From the NCBI RefSeq assembly GCF_006345805.1, contig NC_043009.1, positions 41,788,001 to 41,852,000 on the forward strand: a stretch of DNA of 64,000 bases. The letters run 5' to 3'. The position numbers and the translations under genes were made by a program. This DNA is from Octopus sinensis. Its lineage: Eukaryota. Positions 52,809 to 64,000 of the stretch are shown piece after piece; within the stretch, counting starts at the first letter, position 1; each line of letters opens with the position of its first letter. The notes under the pieces are model-generated. The model was given only the letters and a program-made list of their open reading frames with translations. It had not been told where the DNA came from and did not search any database.

Positions 52809-53270
52809 TCAAAATTCATTCTCACTGCATTGTGTGAAAGTACATTTATATTCATGTAGGGGTCTTGAGAATCGTTCAGAAATTCTATTATTTACCTTCA
52901 CATTAGTCCATAGATTAGACAGGGATTCCTCGGGGCAGAGACGGCATCTCCTGGAAATTATATTGTATGGTTTCGCATATCTTACTACGGACCAATTAAT
53001 GCTGTACTTCGTTTTATCCTCCTCCAGTCGCCATACAAAACCTGCCAAAGATGTTGAATATCTCTTATTAATTGTCTTAAAGCTGGCAACATGGTTACGA
53101 TAATGGTTCTTAAATGAATAAGTCGTCTGCCCAGTGTAAGCATAGGGCCCTTCCCTTGTGTGTACGGTACATTTTATACAAGATTTGTACTCATACAGAG
53201 ATTCATCAAAGGACATTTTGACTTTTCTCCGCATGAGCATTTATCGTATTTATTTGTATATAAGACAGTC
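52809..53270 (-). pseudogene. Penelope-like element Cys-rich linker + GIY-YIG endonuclease remnant
   Basis: DKCSCGEKSKCPLMNLC..NLV/(frameshift)KCTVHTREGPYAYTGQTTYSFKNHYRNHVASF...STSLAGFVWRL...YSINWSVV...PYN...RCRLC matches the PLE pattern CxC..CPL..C..VIYK...YIG.T..FK.RY.NH..SF. Confidence 0.85.
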
Positions 53271-53700
53271 CCCACTACATTTACTGAGGTTGTTACCGTG
53301 GTAGCTGTATCATAAGTATTTCTACTACTACAAATTGGTCATAGTTGGTGTTTATCAATGCGGTTTACTTCTCCTTCGTTGATACTAGATGTGTCGAAAC
53401 AATTCTCGTGATTAATAATAAATTTCATATATTCCATCTTCATTTGCTATATATATATTATATATATATATAATTCAATCACATTTCAACAATATATATA
53501 TATTATCTATATATATCTATATATATATATATAATATTATATATATTATATATAATATGGTATATATATTTATATATATATATATGCCATGGCCTGCTCG
53601 CTTTGCCAGCGGGGTGGTATCATTTAAAGGCTAAAACAATGCGAAGCGCATTGTGACCAGCTATGTGTAGCAACATCTGATAGCCTGGTCGTCACGTGAT

Positions 53701-53752
<52 letters not shown>

Positions 53753-53957
53753 TACGATGTGTGTGTGTGTGTGTGTGTGTTGTGTGTATGTATATAAAAT
53801 ATGCATGTAATATGTATACAGAAATCCTTTGACTATCGCGTGTGCTACGTTCCAAAGCAAAAATCTAAAATACAATAAATACCTATCGGCTGTAGAAAAC
53901 CACGATATACTGAGGAGTCCGCGATATGGTGAAGGATTACTGTATATACATATATAT

Positions 53958-54038
<81 letters not shown>

Positions 54039-54268
54039 ATTATATAATATATATTATGCAGGTGGGGCTAAGTATTTATGCATGTAATATGTATATATGT
54101 CAGTTGTGTGTGTGTTTGCGTGCATAAGCATTGGTTTTAAGGTTAGAGTTTTATATAGGACATTCATGAGAGTAGAAGAATGTGTAGGAGTACAATTGAT
54201 CGCGTATTAACTACATATCTTCATTGCGGGTTTTGCAATATTATATATTATATATATATATATATATA

Positions 54269-54319
<51 letters not shown>

Positions 54320-54496
54320 CAGAGATACATACAATACATATATGTGTATATATATATATAGAGAGAGAGAGAGATGCTTACACACACATGTATGTGTATA
54401 TACTTAGAAACGCAGTTAGGTACACACGCATACATTCTACATAAATACTTCGGTGTAATAGATATGTGTGTAAATGTGTGTATATGTTTGTATATC

Positions 54497-54534
<38 letters not shown>

Positions 54535-55340
54535 AGTATATATGTATATAAGTATATATTTATACGTTTGTGTGAAAATGTATACATAGTAACGCACATA
54601 CACATGCATTTCACACGCACTTACACACGCACTTACGCACTCACACACATAGATAATATTACTTTTAGTGAGTTTATTACTTTTTAAATGATCAAAGGAT
54701 GTGATATGATAGGAAAGATCAACAGTAGAAAGTTATCAGCCAGTGGATAACAAATATTTGTGAGTAAACAGGATCTTTAGCTGATATCTGCTCAAAGTAA
54801 TCGATAGCTCAATGACGACATAAAACATAGCTACAAGAGCTTCACTAACAGCAAAACTGGGCTGAGTCAATCAACGTTTGACCACTCTCTCTTTTCTTCA
54901 CTCATTTTCACCTCGTTCAGTTTACTTAATTCCCACGCTCCGTCAGTCTGTCTGTCGGTCGGCTGTCTGTCTAGTAGTCTGTCTACCTGTCTGCCTGACT
55001 GCGTGTCTCTCTTTTTTTTTTTTTTTGTATCTCTGACTGTACTTGTCTCACACTTTCTCTCTCTCGCCCCTCTCTTATCTTTTGTATTTATCTCTCTTTC
55101 TGGCTATCCTACTCTTTCTCACTTCCTCTAAAGCTTTCTACCATTGTGTGTGACTGTCTGACCCCCTCTCTCACTTTCTCTCTTCCCCCCTTTCTCTCTC
55201 TGTTTTATATATATATACATATATAAACATACGTATACATATCTATTAACTGTTGGTAAGGACACTATTTCATTTTCCTGGCTCTAAATTCTTTGGAAAA
55301 TCTTTAGAGATACATTTAAATAATAATAATAATAATAATA

Positions 55341-55810
55341 TATAAAAGATGGGCTACAGCAAATATTCTGCTCAATACCACAGATTTGCTTGTCAGTTGT
55401 TTGACCTAAACCAGTTGAGCATGTCCCTTAGTGGCTGACAATATGTGCATCTCTGATCACGAGCAGAAGTAGTGGGGGAGAATTATAGCCATGTGTTGAG
55501 AAGGGATTCTTTGGGGTTTGAATAATTCACCGCTGGAAACATGGGTGGTTCTTTCAACATCCTTAAACAATCCTTATTCAGGGACCTTTTGAGCGGGATG
55601 GGCTATTCAACCTGAAGAAATTTCTAACTGGGCCCCACCTGCAAGGTCATGTGCTGTTTATCTTAATATGAGATCACTATGTCGCGCACATATGGTTGTG
55701 ATGCCTGTGCATGGTGTACCCTTATCAAACGGGTAGTCATGATGGGTATATTGGGCTTCGTGTATTTTACCCCAGTGTCACTTTGATGGCATGAACTGCT
55801 CGCTCACTCA

Positions 55811-55812
<2 letters not shown>
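55341..55812 (+). mobile_element. LINE 3' UTR-like repeat inserted in (TAA)n
   Basis: Flanked on both sides by (TAA)n. Related pieces lie at 6262-6417, 56985-57040 (inverted 3' end) and probably 56865-56958. Confidence 0.6.
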
Positions 55813-55841
<29 letters not shown>

Positions 55842-55859
55842 CATTATTATTTCAGATTT

Positions 55860-56243
55860 TTTTCCACAAGGGCAGCTAGGTGAAGGTGGGGATGGGTCGA
55901 TTACATTGATTCCAGTGTTCGACTGGTGCATATTTTATCGATCCCGAAAGGATGAAGGGCAAAGTCGACCTCGGCGGAATTTCAATGCAAAACGCAACGA
56001 TGGCGAAATACCGCTAAGTATTTCGTCCAGCGTATTAACAATTCTGCTAGCGCGCCGCCTTATAATGATAATTCTTTCTACTATAGGCACAAGGCGTGAG
56101 ATTTTTGGGGAGGGGAAAAGTCGATTACATCGGCCCCAGTGCATAACTGGTGATTATTTTATAGGACCCGAAAAGATGAGAGGCAAAGTCGACCTCGGTG
56201 GAATTTGAACTCAGAATGTAGTGACAGACGAAATACTGTTAAG
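55860..56243 (-). mobile_element. Two adjacent SINE family A copies
   Basis: Reverse-complement matches at 55860-56062 and 56070-56243; the second is truncated in its tRNA head. Confidence 0.85.
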
Positions 56244-56244
56244 G

Positions 56245-56790
56245 GAGGATGATAGAGATGTGACCCTCCTGATACTGGAAGGCTTCTAGAGATAATGGAG
56301 GAACTCCACTGTCCGATATTTGCTTGAAACTCTAGGAGCAAGTGCCCTCTCCAATTCCTTCTCTTCGACTCACAGATCTTAGAGAAGTACCATCCACTCT
56401 TGCCATTTTCGCAACTTTCCCCCGCCTTTCAATAAACTCGCTCGAGGACAGCACTTCCCTCTCCACTCTCAATTTACTTTTCAAGTGAAACTTGAAGAAT
56501 TCAATGAGAGCTCTACAAAAGAGGAATGTATCTGTTCTCATGTTTTTCAGCCTTGTCCACCAAACAACCTCTTTCGCCTCAACCACCAGGCAAAGGAAAA
56601 CTGCCTTGACTACCCGATTGACGGAGGGCGGCGTTGCGATCATCACTCGTCCGACAGACGGATCCGTTCCCACACGTGACAACAGCTGTTCAGCATAACC
56701 CCACAAGTCAGCAATGCCCGGACACTGAGCGAGGTCGTGCAGAACGGTTTCGTCACTCTGCGAACACCTCGCACAAGTCCGTCTGACAGC
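56245..56790 (-). mobile_element. L1/Tx1-clade LINE ORF2 C-terminal fragment (zf-RVT-like)
   Basis: In-frame translation CARCSQSDETVLHDLAQCPGIADLW...AKEVVWWTRLK...FFKFHLKSKLRVEREVLSSSEF shows a CCHC zinc knuckle and an AK..IW..R-like motif. Confidence 0.8.
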
Positions 56791-57354
56791 AATAACAATA
56801 ACAGCAACAACAATGACAACAACAACAGTAACAACAACAATAATAATAATAATAATAATAATGATAGATGCAGTACCAGACAGTGGTTCTCATGACTTCT
56901 CGTCTTAACTGATTGGAGTGTTATCATATAAATCGTTTTGTGTTGGTATAAAAGCTACGTGGGCACCAGTTCAACCAACACTAGTTGAGAGTGCAGTGCA
57001 TGCCATCAAATTGACACTGGGGTTAAATACACGAAGCCCATACACGGTTTGTATATCTTAACTTTTCAAACCTCCGCGCAGACGCAAAACATACCCGGCG
57101 ACAGAGAGCATGCCGGTAAAAAATTTTACGAACACATTTATCAAGTAATATGTAAACATAATCAAAAAGGGTAATAACATAAGTTATTATTACCAGTGGC
57201 CTAGCACAAAAGACGAATTAGTCATTAGACAAAATATTATTCATATAGAAATATAATAAAAGGCTCCCAAATAAGGAAGCTTAGTGCTAGAGACACAAAG
57301 AGGGATAAATTCATGAAAAGAATGACAATCAAAAACATTTACCATTAAATATAT

Positions 57355-57434
57355 ATCCCAGACTGATCAGTTTCTACCTATTTCTAGCAAAACAGACAGA
57401 ATATGTTTGCCAAGGCAAAGTTCGTCAGTTAGAT
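57355..57434 (-). ncRNA. Type I hammerhead motif with extended stem II; inverted 5' half-copy at 57479-57512
   Basis: Minus strand reads atctaa CTGACGA actt...ttggcaaac...gttttgctag...aggta GAAA ctgatcag TC tgggat, with palindromic stem III and a GUC triplet. The inverted half-copy keeps the matching stem I arm tccca and stem II acct. Confidence 0.7.
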
Positions 57435-57523
57435 CTACATGTGCTCTAAAGCTCTGTGCATCTAAGATTAAGAAGGCTTCCCACTGACGAACCTTGCCTT
57501 GGCAAACATATTATGATTATGTT

Positions 57524-57591
<68 letters not shown>

Positions 57592-57620
57592 AACGCTATT
57601 AATATTATTATTAATAATAA

Positions 57621-57910
57621 TAAGGCAGCGAGTTGGCAGAATCGTTAGCACGCCGGACGAAATGCTTAGCGGCGTTTCATCTACTGCTACGTTCTGATTT
57701 CAAATTCCGCCGAAGTCGACTTTGCTTTTGTTTCTTTCGGGTTCGATAAATTGAGTACCAGTTTCAGTTTCTGTCTGCCAAACCCATTTACAAATCTTTG
57801 GTCTGCCCGAGACTATAGTAGAAAACACTTGCCCAATGAGCCACGTAGTAACACTGAACCCGGAACCATGTGGTTGGGAAGCAAGCTCCTTACCACACAG
57901 CCACTCCTGC
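57621..57910. mobile_element. Truncated SINE A (+, 57621-57762) joined to SINE B head (-, 57762-57910)
   Basis: Direct matches to both families; the junction is at cagttt. Confidence 0.82.
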
Positions 57911-60014
57911 GTGTATATATATATAACACATGTACCTGTGTGTGTATCACTATCGTCTTGCTTTCTCATCGCGTGATAGTTTTACTGATCTGTTTTCAGT
58001 TACCTTTCTGGAATTCTATCAGATGTTATCAATTACTGTTTAAATAATCTAGACTAACATATCTCCCCCTCTTTCTGTATCAGTTTATCTTTTCTCAGGC
58101 CTTTTTTTCCTATCTATTTCACTGAGACGCACACAGCACACATATGTATATATGTATGTGTTTATATTTGTATTTACGGCTGTGTATCGCTCTACGTGTG
58201 CATATATATAGAACTATGAATAAATGTATATGTTTATGCGTATGTATCTGTATGTGTACAAGTTGTTTACATAGGTGTGGATGTGTATGTGAATTTGCAA
58301 ATATTATATGTGCACATGTGTGTGTGTGACGTGAATTCCGGTATGCTTCTATTTCAAACAAATTTTGTAGACACTTGGTGACAACTCCACACCTTCATCC
58401 ACGATATGTGTCTTGCGAACGTAATTCGCGTCATTCGTAACTTCTTCAGTTCTGTTTTCTCATGCTCAGGTGTTTACTTCCGCAAGAAATTCAAATAAGC
58501 ATTGGTCTGTCGGCCTTGTGAATCGTAATAAGAGGAATGAAAGGCGGGTAGCCACATAGGCCTTGACTGAAAGGTTTTCGGCTGAAGAATGGATGATTAC
58601 AAGAGTTAGGTGACGGATGGTTGACCGCAGGATCGATGAGTGCAAATCATATTTGCACCCATCACATTTTCAACCACTTCGGTGCTCACCATCGGTCCAT
58701 AATATACCTCAAAGATGACAACAAACCAAATTTCACACCGTCGCTAAGGTCCGTCTTCGTGTTCAGTAATCCTGTGTTTCGTGATCCTATTATATTATGC
58801 CAATTTCTGAAGAAGTATTCAATACACCAGTTTTGATTTTTTTTTACCCGTTCTCAATCTCGAGATCCAGACATTCGGAGGCAACTGGTTCCACTCGATT
58901 GAATGAACTCCAGATGATGTTTTGAAGACAAGAAAAATACCTGGTTCCTTTTTGCGATGCAAGAGTATATGAACGCTCTCTCTATGCTCGCCTTCGTATC
59001 GAAACCGTTACCATTGTGGTATTTTCCTCAGTCATATATCTCTGTTTCAGACACAGTATAACCGAATGATAACGAAATTTGCTTTACAACCTCGAGCAAC
59101 CAAATTAGGTTCCAATGTGTGGCGTCTTGGATACTTGTCATTTACTATAGTCTCATGTCGAATTATCCCTTGTGAGTGAAATTCGGTAGATGGAAACTAT
59201 ACTGAAGATCAAAGAGGGTTACGTATTTATGACTCAAACGATGCAGCCTTGACACTCTTTGTCATGCCGAATCTGCCCAAAAGTGCTCAGTCAAACGTTA
59301 ATTCAAAAGAGGCTAATTCAGTTGAACGTTCGACAGAATACTGATAGTCGAAAGACGGAGATCCGCCATATTTTCGCCAAGCAGATATTTTCTATAGTAA
59401 GCCATTCATGTTTGGCACCCCACTAAAACCCTAGTTCTTTCACGTAAAACAGCTCATTCCTTCATTAAAAATGGCTTACTTTCATCGTTTTGAAAAAATG
59501 TGTTATACGTACGTATGCATCTTTGAATATTTGTATGAGAATGTGTTTCAGTGCGTTTGAGTGTGCCATATAGTGGTTGTTATTGCTGTTAACACCACCG
59601 CACAAATTGTTTAAATTGACATTTTAAACAAGTAAAATATTACTTTTTTGTGTACAATGCGTGGGAATTGCTGTAAAATTATGTTTTATTGTTTGTTCTT
59701 TGCGTAGTAGTGTTACTTTTCACTATTTCCCGCTTTGAAAGGGCGTTCCGCTGACAAGAAACCACATTGAGTTGAATATAAACAGAGAGAGTCTTGTAAA
59801 ATTATATTAAAAAATCACTGACCCTATGTATATACTGGAAGACTTTCAACAGTTGTCTTAAGGTTTTTTTAAATGAAAATTAAATACGAACGAAATTATT
59901 TTCCTTCGGTTGTGTTTGGTGAAATTCAAAACGTCGGAGATAAATGATGGTGACGATAATGATAATGATAATGATAACAACAACAACAACATATGTATAT
60001 GTGTGTGTGTGTGT

Positions 60015-60170
60015 GTGTGTTTACGCCCCCGTAACTTAGCGGTTCGGCAAAAGAGACCGATAGAATAAGGCTTAAAAGAGAAGTCCTGGGATCGATTTCT
60101 TCGACTAAAACCTTTCAAGGCGTGTCCCACTATGGCCGCAGTCAAATGAGCAAAACAAATTAGAGATAAA
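60015..60170 (+). mobile_element. SINE family B tail
   Basis: ccgtaacttagcggttcggcaaaagagaccgatagaataag...tggccgcagtcaaatga. Confidence 0.85.
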
Positions 60171-60545
60171 GGGTTAAAAAAAATTAATAAAAATAAAGAG
60201 ACTGGTTTTTACTCAGATGAGTGGGGCAAAGAAAAAAATTGTAGAGAACAGTGTATAAATTAGTCCAACTTATGTCAGCATAGAAAACGGTGATTAAAGA
60301 ACGATGATGTTGATGATGATGATAGAAATTACATAAATGTGTCACAGTATCTCCCCACAAATAAAGAACACCGCCACCTAGGGCTAATTAAAGAATCCCA
60401 CTAATCGTGGGCTGCAGTGAATACGATTCTGAAAGAAGATCCCTAAATTCGGGCTGTGCTCACCACTTCCATCTACAATTGCAACAAATTTACTTGAAGC
60501 CGTGCTCTCGTCTCGATCCTCATCTTATGCATCTCCAAGTAACCA

Positions 60546-60830
60546 TTAACCATGGGTTGTTTTCAGTACTATTCTGAGACAAGGCCCCTTTACTCGGGGC
60601 ATGCGCACCACTCTCATCCACATTGCAACGAAATTACTAGATGGCAGTAACTCCTTCACCGTCGCTACTTTCCTTATCTGCATGTAGAACTTTACAAAAG
60701 TAAATAAATAAAACAATATGGACGAACTCTTACCGAAGCGTAAAAAGGAAGAAAAACACAGCCTTCCTTGAAATCTGCCTTCTTTTCCACCATATACCCC
60801 CTTACACCACATTACCTCTTACACCATTGC
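60546..60830 (-). mobile_element. Older L1/Tx1-like ORF2 C-terminal fragment
   Basis: FVKFYMQIRKVATVKELLPSSNFVAMWMRVVRMPRVKGPCLR aligns to FFKFHLKSKLRVEREVLSSSEFIERRGKVAKMARVDGTSLR of the 56332 ORF. Confidence 0.6.
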
Positions 60831-61537
60831 AAATAATAATGCATTGGATGACGATTGACGAAGTCAAAAAACTAAAACGGAAATGACTGGTCATTGATGA
60901 TGATATCCGAGTTGTTTAGTGAAGCTGAAAGGTGTATTTGTAATGAAAAACAGGACATATAGAAATCTTTAGCACTTCCTTCCTGTTTCTTCACAGAACT
61001 ACAGACTTCGAGCTGAATTTAAGCATCTATATTTGATCAAATCTGCGTAGGGATGTCGCTAAATACTAATTTAAGAAAAGAAGTGCGGAATATAGTGTGA
61101 TGGTGTGTACATGTGGAGAAGAAAGTGAGAGAATAGTTAGATAGATACAAACATACATACGTAGAGAGTGGTAATGATGTTCATGACAGATGCTCACTGT
61201 AAGCCATAATAGTAAAATATTGGCAGGTAGAGAATTAGCGACGAATTTCGGGTATCATTAAGGTGGAGGATGGACGGTGACAATAACACCCACCTACGAA
61301 CACCCGTATATGCATACATAAATATGGATATAAGCGTGCGTGTTTAGAATCGCGGATGTATTGGTTGTTTGTATATGTATATGTGTATAAAAACTTTATA
61401 AAGGTACACACACACACTCACATACATACATACACGCACACAAACTCACAACGCAAAACAACACACACAATAATGGACATATACATCATCGTGTACGTTC
61501 ATGTATATGCTTTCATCTATATCTATAGATATATGTA

Positions 61538-61635
<98 letters not shown>

Positions 61636-61667
61636 GATACTTATCTACGTATCTATATATACATATG

Positions 61668-61746
<79 letters not shown>

Positions 61747-61775
61747 AGATAGATAGATAGTATATAGATAGATAA

Positions 61776-61806
<31 letters not shown>

Positions 61807-62021
61807 TATAGATAGATAGATAGATAGATAGATTGATAGATAGATATATATAGATATAGATATAGATATATATATAGATAGATAGGTATAGAAAGAGATT
61901 CATGAATCTCAAACAGTACTCATACAGAGAGCTCAAACACATGCGTCCACGCAAACTTTCTCTCTTTCTCTTCGTCTCTCTCTCTCTCTTTCTCTATCTC
62001 TCTCTCTTTCTCTCTCTCTCC

Positions 62022-62052
<31 letters not shown>

Positions 62053-62209
62053 ATGTAAATAACGAACAAAAGAAACAAAAGAATAACAGAAAAGTGCTCA
62101 ATGTAAAGCGTATGCCATGATTATATTTATGTGGCAGTGCCGTGTAACGTTACTTATGTTTCACGTTTACAACTTGCTTAATGCAAGATATTGATTTGAA
62201 GTGTCCTTG

Positions 62210-62487
62210 TATACATACATACATACATACATACATACATACATACATACATACATACATACATACATACATACATACATACGTACATACATACATATGT
62301 ACATACATACATGCATACATACATACCTAAATACTCACATGCATACATACATATATACATCCATACATACATACATACATACATACATGCATACATACAT
62401 ATATACATACATACATATATACATACGTACATACATACATACGTACATACATACATACATACATACATATATACATACGTACATACA

Positions 62488-62518
<31 letters not shown>

Positions 62519-62575
62519 GTACATACATACATACTTACATACGTACATACATACATACATATGTACATACATATA
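62210..62575. repeat. (ACAT)n microsatellite
   Basis: Seen directly; it explains the YIHT/MYVC ORFs. Confidence 0.97.
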
Positions 62576-63409
62576 TGCATGGCTACAAGCATGCATACAT
62601 GCATTAATAAATACTTAATACATGTGTGGTGCATGTGTGTGTTTGTATGTATATATGTGTCTGGATTCACCTTACTCTTTCTGCTTCCATTCCATACATT
62701 CGCTTATACATACATGCTTACATACATAAATACTCACACACATACTCACATACACACATACACGTATTTATATGTGTGTGATTCCTACGTGCGTTTTTGC
62801 ATGTGTATGTGCATGCGTGTGTGTATAGAAAGACACAGATGTATATAAATATATATACATATATATACACGTATGTATATATATAGACACACATATGTAT
62901 ATATATAGACACACATATGTACATATGTACACACACATATTCACACACGCATATATTTATAAAGAATGATATAGGAAAGGCTAGATAGATATGTAAATTG
63001 TATATACACAAATAATTATATAATTTATCGAAGATGCTACTCACACACACACACACACATATACTTACTCGTACACACAAAACACACGCACACAAATATT
63101 TACATGGACCCCGTACAAGAATCGCTAAACATACACTTACTTGCACACATTAGCATTAGATACACGTTTACGAAACGATAAAAACATTAAGTTTTCACTC
63201 GAAGGAAACAAGCTTAAACGCAATAAGGTGTAAGAAAACTTACATGCCTGTTTGACACTACTGATGAAAAGAATGGTAAATAATGGCTCCAATGAGGTGG
63301 TGTGCCGTAAAACAGAAACTATTTTGCTCTTTAAATGAACAGATATAGTGATCTAGAACAGGAAAAATTGCTATAATTTGCAGTGTATGAAGCGACCAAA
63401 ATGACCAGC

Positions 63410-63560
63410 CATATGCGCGGAAGTCAGTGAAACTGTATAAATTACCAGTCGTGCCGTCTCTGAAATTGAAGTGAATATCTTTAGGCTTTTGTTAACGGCC
63501 ATTCTACTCTGCTAAGAATCCTCTCCTCGAGCGCACCGCCATAGTCCGCCCCGCCCTGAG
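63410..63560. promoter_or_regulatory. Candidate promoter-like patch (ETS site, tandem GC boxes)
   Basis: GCGGAAGT at 63417-63424, CCGCCCCGCCC at 63546-63556 and CGCCAT, with locally raised CpG. No transcript evidence. Confidence 0.3.
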
Positions 63561-63649
63561 CTAATATCCGTAATACTGAGAATACTGAACCAGAATAATT
63601 ATAATTGCAGGTCTTTTCCCCCTGTTCCGAAGACAACTGATGACAGATT

Positions 63650-63837
63650 TCTTCTTCTTCTTCTTCTTCTTCTTCTTCTTCTTCTTCTTCTTCTTCTTCT
63701 TCTTCTTCTTCTTCTTCTTCTTCTTCTTCTTCTTCTTCTTCTTCATACCGAAGGACAGCAACGGAACTATATAATGATGGTTCTTTACGGTTAACAACGT
63801 CGTCATTATCATCACCATCATCATCATCATCATCACT

Positions 63838-63877
<40 letters not shown>

Positions 63878-63879
63878 CT

Positions 63880-63910
<31 letters not shown>

Positions 63911-63960
63911 CTATCATCACCATCATCATCATCATTATAGGTATCGTCATCATCATCGTG
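63650..63960. repeat. (CTT)n and (CAT)n microsatellites
   Basis: Seen directly. Confidence 0.97.
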
Positions 63961-64000
63961 AACGTAGGTATCATCCTTCTTTTTCTCCTCCTTTTCTTCA

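Noticed and set aside
63256-63350. cacta CTGATGA ... TA tagtg hammerhead-like arrangement
   Set aside because: Stem I and II pairings are possible, but there is no correctly placed GAAA or stem III; too weak.
1-64000. Numerous ORFs rich in YI, CV, HT, YLSI, MYVC, poly-I/L/S/H/M/K
   Set aside because: They are translations of di-, tri- and tetranucleotide microsatellites with no domain content.

Overview
This is AT-rich, microsatellite-saturated eukaryotic DNA, most likely from an octopus (cephalopod) genome, judged from recalled SINE families and repeat content. It appears intergenic or intronic: no host protein-coding gene could be supported, and almost all listed ORFs are translations of simple repeats. 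The window holds many tRNA-derived SINE copies (Meta-like and CORE-like families), two tRNA-like pseudogenes and decayed LINE fragments (RTE, L1/Tx1, a TAA-associated tail). It also holds two Tc1/mariner relics, Penelope-like (GIY-YIG) retroelement remnants and a 100-N gap. The most notable signal is about ten type I hammerhead ribozyme (HHR) motifs from several unrelated sequence families. The best examples have palindromic stem III and sit in non-coding ~470-500 bp units arranged in tandem plus inverted copies inside (TA)n tracts (47053-49111). These are candidate cephalopod retrozymes or non-autonomous Penelope-like elements. Other candidates are a degenerate HDV-like ribozyme (~23952-24032), a perfect 19-bp hairpin (41079-41122), CTCF-like sites and a palindromic double MRE. 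All structures were read by eye; no folding or database search was run.
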